A DNA stretch of 64,000 nucleotides, taken from Thermoplasmatota archaeon (GTDB lineage Archaea; Thermoplasmatota; Thermoplasmata; Halarchaeoplasmatales; Halarchaeoplasmataceae). Location of the stretch: contig JAGXLF010000003.1 in NCBI GenBank assembly GCA_018334835.1, positions 156 to 64,155 on the forward strand, written 5' to 3'. Within the stretch, counting starts at the first letter, position 1, and each line of letters starts with the position of its first letter. A program made the position numbers and the translations under genes. Below are positions 60,946-64,000 of the stretch, piece by piece. The notes beneath the pieces were generated by a model. That model was not told the origin of the DNA. It worked only from the letters and a program-made list of their open reading frames with translations, and searched no databases.

Positions 60946-63900
60946 CTACTGCACCTCCGTTTCTAATTTGCTGACCTCAGAAAATTCGGGTATATCTTTT
61001 TTATCTTCTTTTCCGATGTTGACTTTCATTATCACGTCTGAGATTCCTTTTTCGTTTATGGTGACGCCTATGATATGGTCAGATTTTTTGAGAGTCACCT
61101 TTCTCAGCGAGATCTGGATGAACTGTGCATTTTTGGAATTTTCTTTTATCATTTCGGCAACATTTTCGGCGTTCACACCATCTAGATTCTGATCGATCTC
61201 ATCGAGCAGATAAAATGGGGATGGGTCATACATCTGTATAGAGAAGATGAAAGCCATGGAAACCAAACTCTTTTCTCCTCCGGACAGCGCATTTATCAGA
61301 TGCACTTTTTTTCCAGGCGGCCTAGCCTTTATCACGAGCCCTCCTTCGAAGGGATTTTCCTTATCTTCTAGTTCAAGGTGCGCTTCTCCGCCTTCGGATA
61401 GGTTTTCGTACACTTTTACGAAATTTTTGTTTATCTCACCTTTTACTTTCAACAGGCCTTCTTTCTTCTTTTCATCTAATTCATCTATCAAATTATCAAG
61501 TTCTTCTTTCCGTTTTTCTAACTCGGTGTATTCTTCTTGGAGCTCTTCTTTCCTCTCTTTTTTCTTCTTGAAATCGTCTAGAGCTCTCATATTTACTGGT
61601 TGCAGATCTTCCATCTTGTTTTTACACCGTCGGATGGTATTTTTCAGCTCTTTCATAGAAGGGAGTTCTTCATCAGAATAGTCCACATCTTCGTCAATAT
61701 CTTCCTTTAGATCCTCGAGCTTTTCTCTTTCCGTGCTCAACTTTCTTTTAGAGCTTATGATGAATTCCTGCTTAGATTCTATCTCTGTATCTATCTGATC
61801 GATACGATGTTTCTTCTCCATCCGCTCTTCTTTTTTGTCTTCAAGCTCACCTCTAAGTTCGTCGAGTTCTTCACCCACCTCTGACTCCTTATCTTCCAGT
61901 TCCTCAAGTTTTTCCTCCTTCTCTTCGATTATGGATTCAGACTTTTTGATCGTACTTTCTTTTTCCTTTATCTCTTCCTTCAGTTCTTTTCTGGTTTCTT
62001 TGATCTCCTCTATCCTCTCTTCTAGGTTTTTCTTCTGATTCTCTTTTTTATCTAACTCAGATCCCAAGTCGTTCAGTTTTTTGTTGAGATTTACTTCCTC
62101 GTCCTTCAATTCTCTCAACTTCTTGGATAGTTCTTGTGGACTTATCTCTCTTATATTCTCTCTGATCTCTTTCTTCTCATCTTTTAGATCATCGACTTTT
62201 TCTTCAAGATGTTCTATCGATCTTTCCAGCTTTTCTTTCTTCTCTTCAAATTCTTTTTCCTCTTCTCTTTTTTCGTCTAGGGCTGATTCTTTCTTTTTTA
62301 TCTTGGAATCTAGTCGATTTATGTGAGCTTCGATTTCCGATTGTACCTGCTTGTCGCTCTCGTTTTTCATTTCCTGCATCTCGTCCTGTATCTCTTGTAT
62401 CTCTTTTTGTAAATCATTCAATGAACTACTGACTTTCTTTAGATTTTCACGGCTGTTCTTGAGGTCATTGCTCACCTTTTCCAATTTCCCTCTATCGGGT
62501 GCGCTGAAACCAATCATATTTTTCTTCAAAGTTCCGCCTGTCATCGCACCGCTTTTCTCTATCTTCTCTCCGTCTAGAGTGACGATCCTGACACCGCCCA
62601 TCTGCTCTCTTGCAGACTCGATGTCTTCCATGACAACAGTGTCGTGAAATACATACCAAAATACGTTGTCATATTTATCATCGTAATCCACGAGTTCGAT
62701 GGCAAAATCCACTGCCTCGTCTTCTTTGACTGTCCTTAGAGCTTTCCCCTGTGGTCTACCTGTTCGCATCTTGTTCAAGGGCAGGAAGCTAGCTCTTCCG
62801 GCGTCGTTCTTTTTGAGGTGCTTTATAGCTTTAGAAGCCACAGCGTCATTTTCTACAACTATGCATTGCATCCTGCCGCCAGCGGCGACTTTCAACGCGG
62901 TCTCGTATTCATCGTCCACATCTGCGAGTTCTGCTATAGTTCCGTGGATCCCATCAAGGTCGCCCTTGTCTCTAGCCTCGAGTATGGTGGAGACCGCTCT
63001 ATTATAACCTTTCTTGACTGACTTGGCCGCCTTTTCCTCCGCTTTCAATTGCTCGTACTTCCTCTTGAGTCTGTTAACTCTCTGCTCCAGGTCTTCTTTA
63101 TCCTCTCTCAAATTTTTTTCCTTGTTCTTCTTTTTGTGAAATTTATCCTTAAGCTCTTCTAATCTTTCATCGTGCTCTTCATTCTTTTCACTGAGATCCT
63201 CCAATTCCATCTCCTTCTCTTTTTTCTCGAATTCTAGGTCTTCCTTTTCCTCTTCTACCTCTGCTATGTCCTCTCTAACCCTTTCTATTTTGTCTTTTAC
63301 TGTCTCAAGGTCTATCTTCTTGTCCGATAGTTTTTCTTTTTTTTCCTCTACTTTTTTTTCCAATTGGAGAGCTTCTTTTTTAAGATCTTTTATCCTGTCG
63401 TCAGAATCTGATTGTTTATCTTCGATCTCGTCTATATCTTCTTTTAAATCTTCGAGATCTTCCTCGGTTTCCTCTTTTTTCTCCTCTAATTCTCTCTTTT
63501 CTTTATCCACGGCCTCTAATTCTTCTTTTTCATTCTGTAACTTTTCTTTCAGCTTTTCTCTTTTCTCCTTATTCTTTTCTATAGTGTATCTAGCATCTTC
63601 TTTTTTGTCATCGGCCCTTCCGATCGCCAGCTTTAGCTCGTTGATGTTTTTTTGAAGCTCTTTGCTCTTTTCGTCTCCCTTTTCATCTAATTCTTTCTTT
63701 AACTCTTCTATTTCCTCTGTGAGATCTTCTATTTCACCCTTTAATTCTTGCTTTTTATCTTTCTTCTTTTCTATCTCTCCTTTGTTGTCCTCTATATCGT
63801 TTTGGATGGAGGCTATATTCCTCTCCGTGTTTTGGATCATCTTCCAGATCTTTTTTTCCTCGGCTTCAGATGCTTTATCGGAGAGTTCCTGATACTGGAG

Positions 63901-64000
63901 AGCCTTACTTCTATCATCTTCAAGCTCCTCTACTTGATTGGAGATCTCGTCCAAAAGTATGTTTATCCTGTCTAGATCGTCGATCACTTCTTCCTTTTTC
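60946..64000 (-). CDS. smc: SMC chromosome segregation ATPase (the N-terminal head lies beyond the window edge)
   Basis: Long E/K-rich coiled coils, hinge (..GIHGTIAELADVD..), C-terminal LSGGEKSL signature and Walker B YLLDEIDQNLD. The frame is open to position 64000. Stop codon is TAG. Confidence 0.93.
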   Translation of the reverse strand, partial: KKEEVIDDLDRINILLDEISNQVEELEDDRSKALQYQELSDKASEAEEKKIWKMIQNTERNIASIQNDIEDNKGEIEKKKDKKQELKGEIEDLTEEIEELKKELDEKGDEKSKELQKNINELKLAIGRADDKKEDARYTIEKNKEKREKLKEKLQNEKEELEAVDKEKRELEEKKEETEEDLEDLKEDIDEIEDKQSDSDDRIKDLKKEALQLEKKVEEKKEKLSDKKIDLETVKDKIERVREDIAEVEEEKEDLEFEKKEKEMELEDLSEKNEEHDERLEELKDKFHKKKNKEKNLREDKEDLEQRVNRLKRKYEQLKAEEKAAKSVKKGYNRAVSTILEARDKGDLDGIHGTIAELADVDDEYETALKVAAGGRMQCIVVENDAVASKAIKHLKKNDAGRASFLPLNKMRTGRPQGKALRTVKEDEAVDFAIELVDYDDKYDNVFWYVFHDTVVMEDIESAREQMGGVRIVTLDGEKIEKSGAMTGGTLKKNMIGFSAPDRGKLEKVSNDLKNSRENLKKVSSSLNDLQKEIQEIQDEMQEMKNESDKQVQSEIEAHINRLDSKIKKKESALDEKREEEKEFEEKKEKLERSIEHLEEKVDDLKDEKKEIRENIREISPQELSKKLRELKDEEVNLNKKLNDLGSELDKKENQKKNLEERIEEIKETRKELKEEIKEKESTIKKSESIIEEKEEKLEELEDKESEVGEELDELRGELEDKKEERMEKKHRIDQIDTEIESKQEFIISSKRKLSTEREKLEDLKEDIDEDVDYSDEELPSMKELKNTIRRCKNKMEDLQPVNMRALDDFKKKKERKEELQEEYTELEKRKEELDNLIDELDEKKKEGLLKVKGEINKNFVKVYENLSEGGEAHLELEDKENPFEGGLVIKARPPGKKVHLINALSGGEKSLVSMAFIFSIQMYDPSPFYLLDEIDQNLDGVNAENVAEMIKENSKNAQFIQISLRKVTLKKSDHIIGVTINEKGISDVIMKVNIGKEDKKDIPEFSEVSKLETEVQ

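Noticed and set aside
61247-63975. A series of plus-strand Ser/Phe/Leu-rich ORFs (67-144 aa) opposite smc.
   Set aside because: They are the antisense reading of GAA/AAG/GAG-rich coiled-coil codons. They are low-complexity, mutually overlapping and fully inside a high-confidence gene.

Overview
Archaeal chromosomal window. The proteins are strikingly rich in Asp/Glu, which is a salt-in halophile signature. Archaeal markers include PGF-CTERM sorting signals, an rpoH-rpoB-rpoA1-rpoA2-rpl30e-nusA cluster, archaeosine genes, ABCE1, and a tRNA-Trp intron that carries a C/D-box guide. The lineage cannot be fixed from this window; the evidence points to a halophilic euryarchaeon or a DPANN/Nanohaloarchaeota-like organism.

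Backbone genes: gyrB-gyrA (7.9-12.4 kb), the RNA polymerase cluster on the minus strand (41.0-49.9 kb, with rpoB unsplit), ArcTGT, ABCE1, ScpA and a partial SMC (56-64 kb).

Metabolic and housekeeping genes: a four-gene proline-dehydrogenase/sarcosine-oxidase-like flavoenzyme operon (3.9-7.3 kb), a LysE exporter, two PAS histidine kinases, a 2PGK-like kinase/CBS/tandem metallophosphoesterase operon, MarR plus a MATE pump, NIF3, DppA, TatD, a P-type ATPase, geranylgeranyl reductase, a Trm5/Taw2-family methyltransferase, an AmmeMemoRadiSam radical SAM enzyme, an M29 aminopeptidase, a RaSEA-like radical SAM enzyme and a nitroreductase.

Surface proteins: tandem PGF-CTERM PQQ-like beta-propeller paralogs (0-2.2 kb) and a 1737-aa repeat-rich surface protein with a cytoplasmic triple zinc-ribbon tail (50.9-56.1 kb).

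Three tRNA genes were found by eye: Arg-TCT, Trp-CCA with a 110-nt intron, and Lys-TTT with two non-canonical introns hidden under an ORF call.

Most unusual observations:
(i) Arrays of short hairpin units, each ending in a copy of the adjacent tRNA acceptor end, flank tRNA-Arg and tRNA-Trp (12.4-13.6 kb).
(ii) An AT-richer accessory block next to tRNA-Trp (13.6-17.8 kb) holds five small membrane proteins, three of them sharing a 2-TM/PH-like layout, divergent from an Arch_ATPase/DUF234 gene that has a palindromic operator.
(iii) The tRNA-Lys gene carries two non-canonical introns.
(iv) RpoB has a lineage-specific Zn-ribbon insertion and RpoA'' has an HhH/Lys-rich N-terminal extension.

No CRISPR array, integrase, transposase or rRNA gene was seen. 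All calls rest on reading the sequence and on motif memory; no searches were run.
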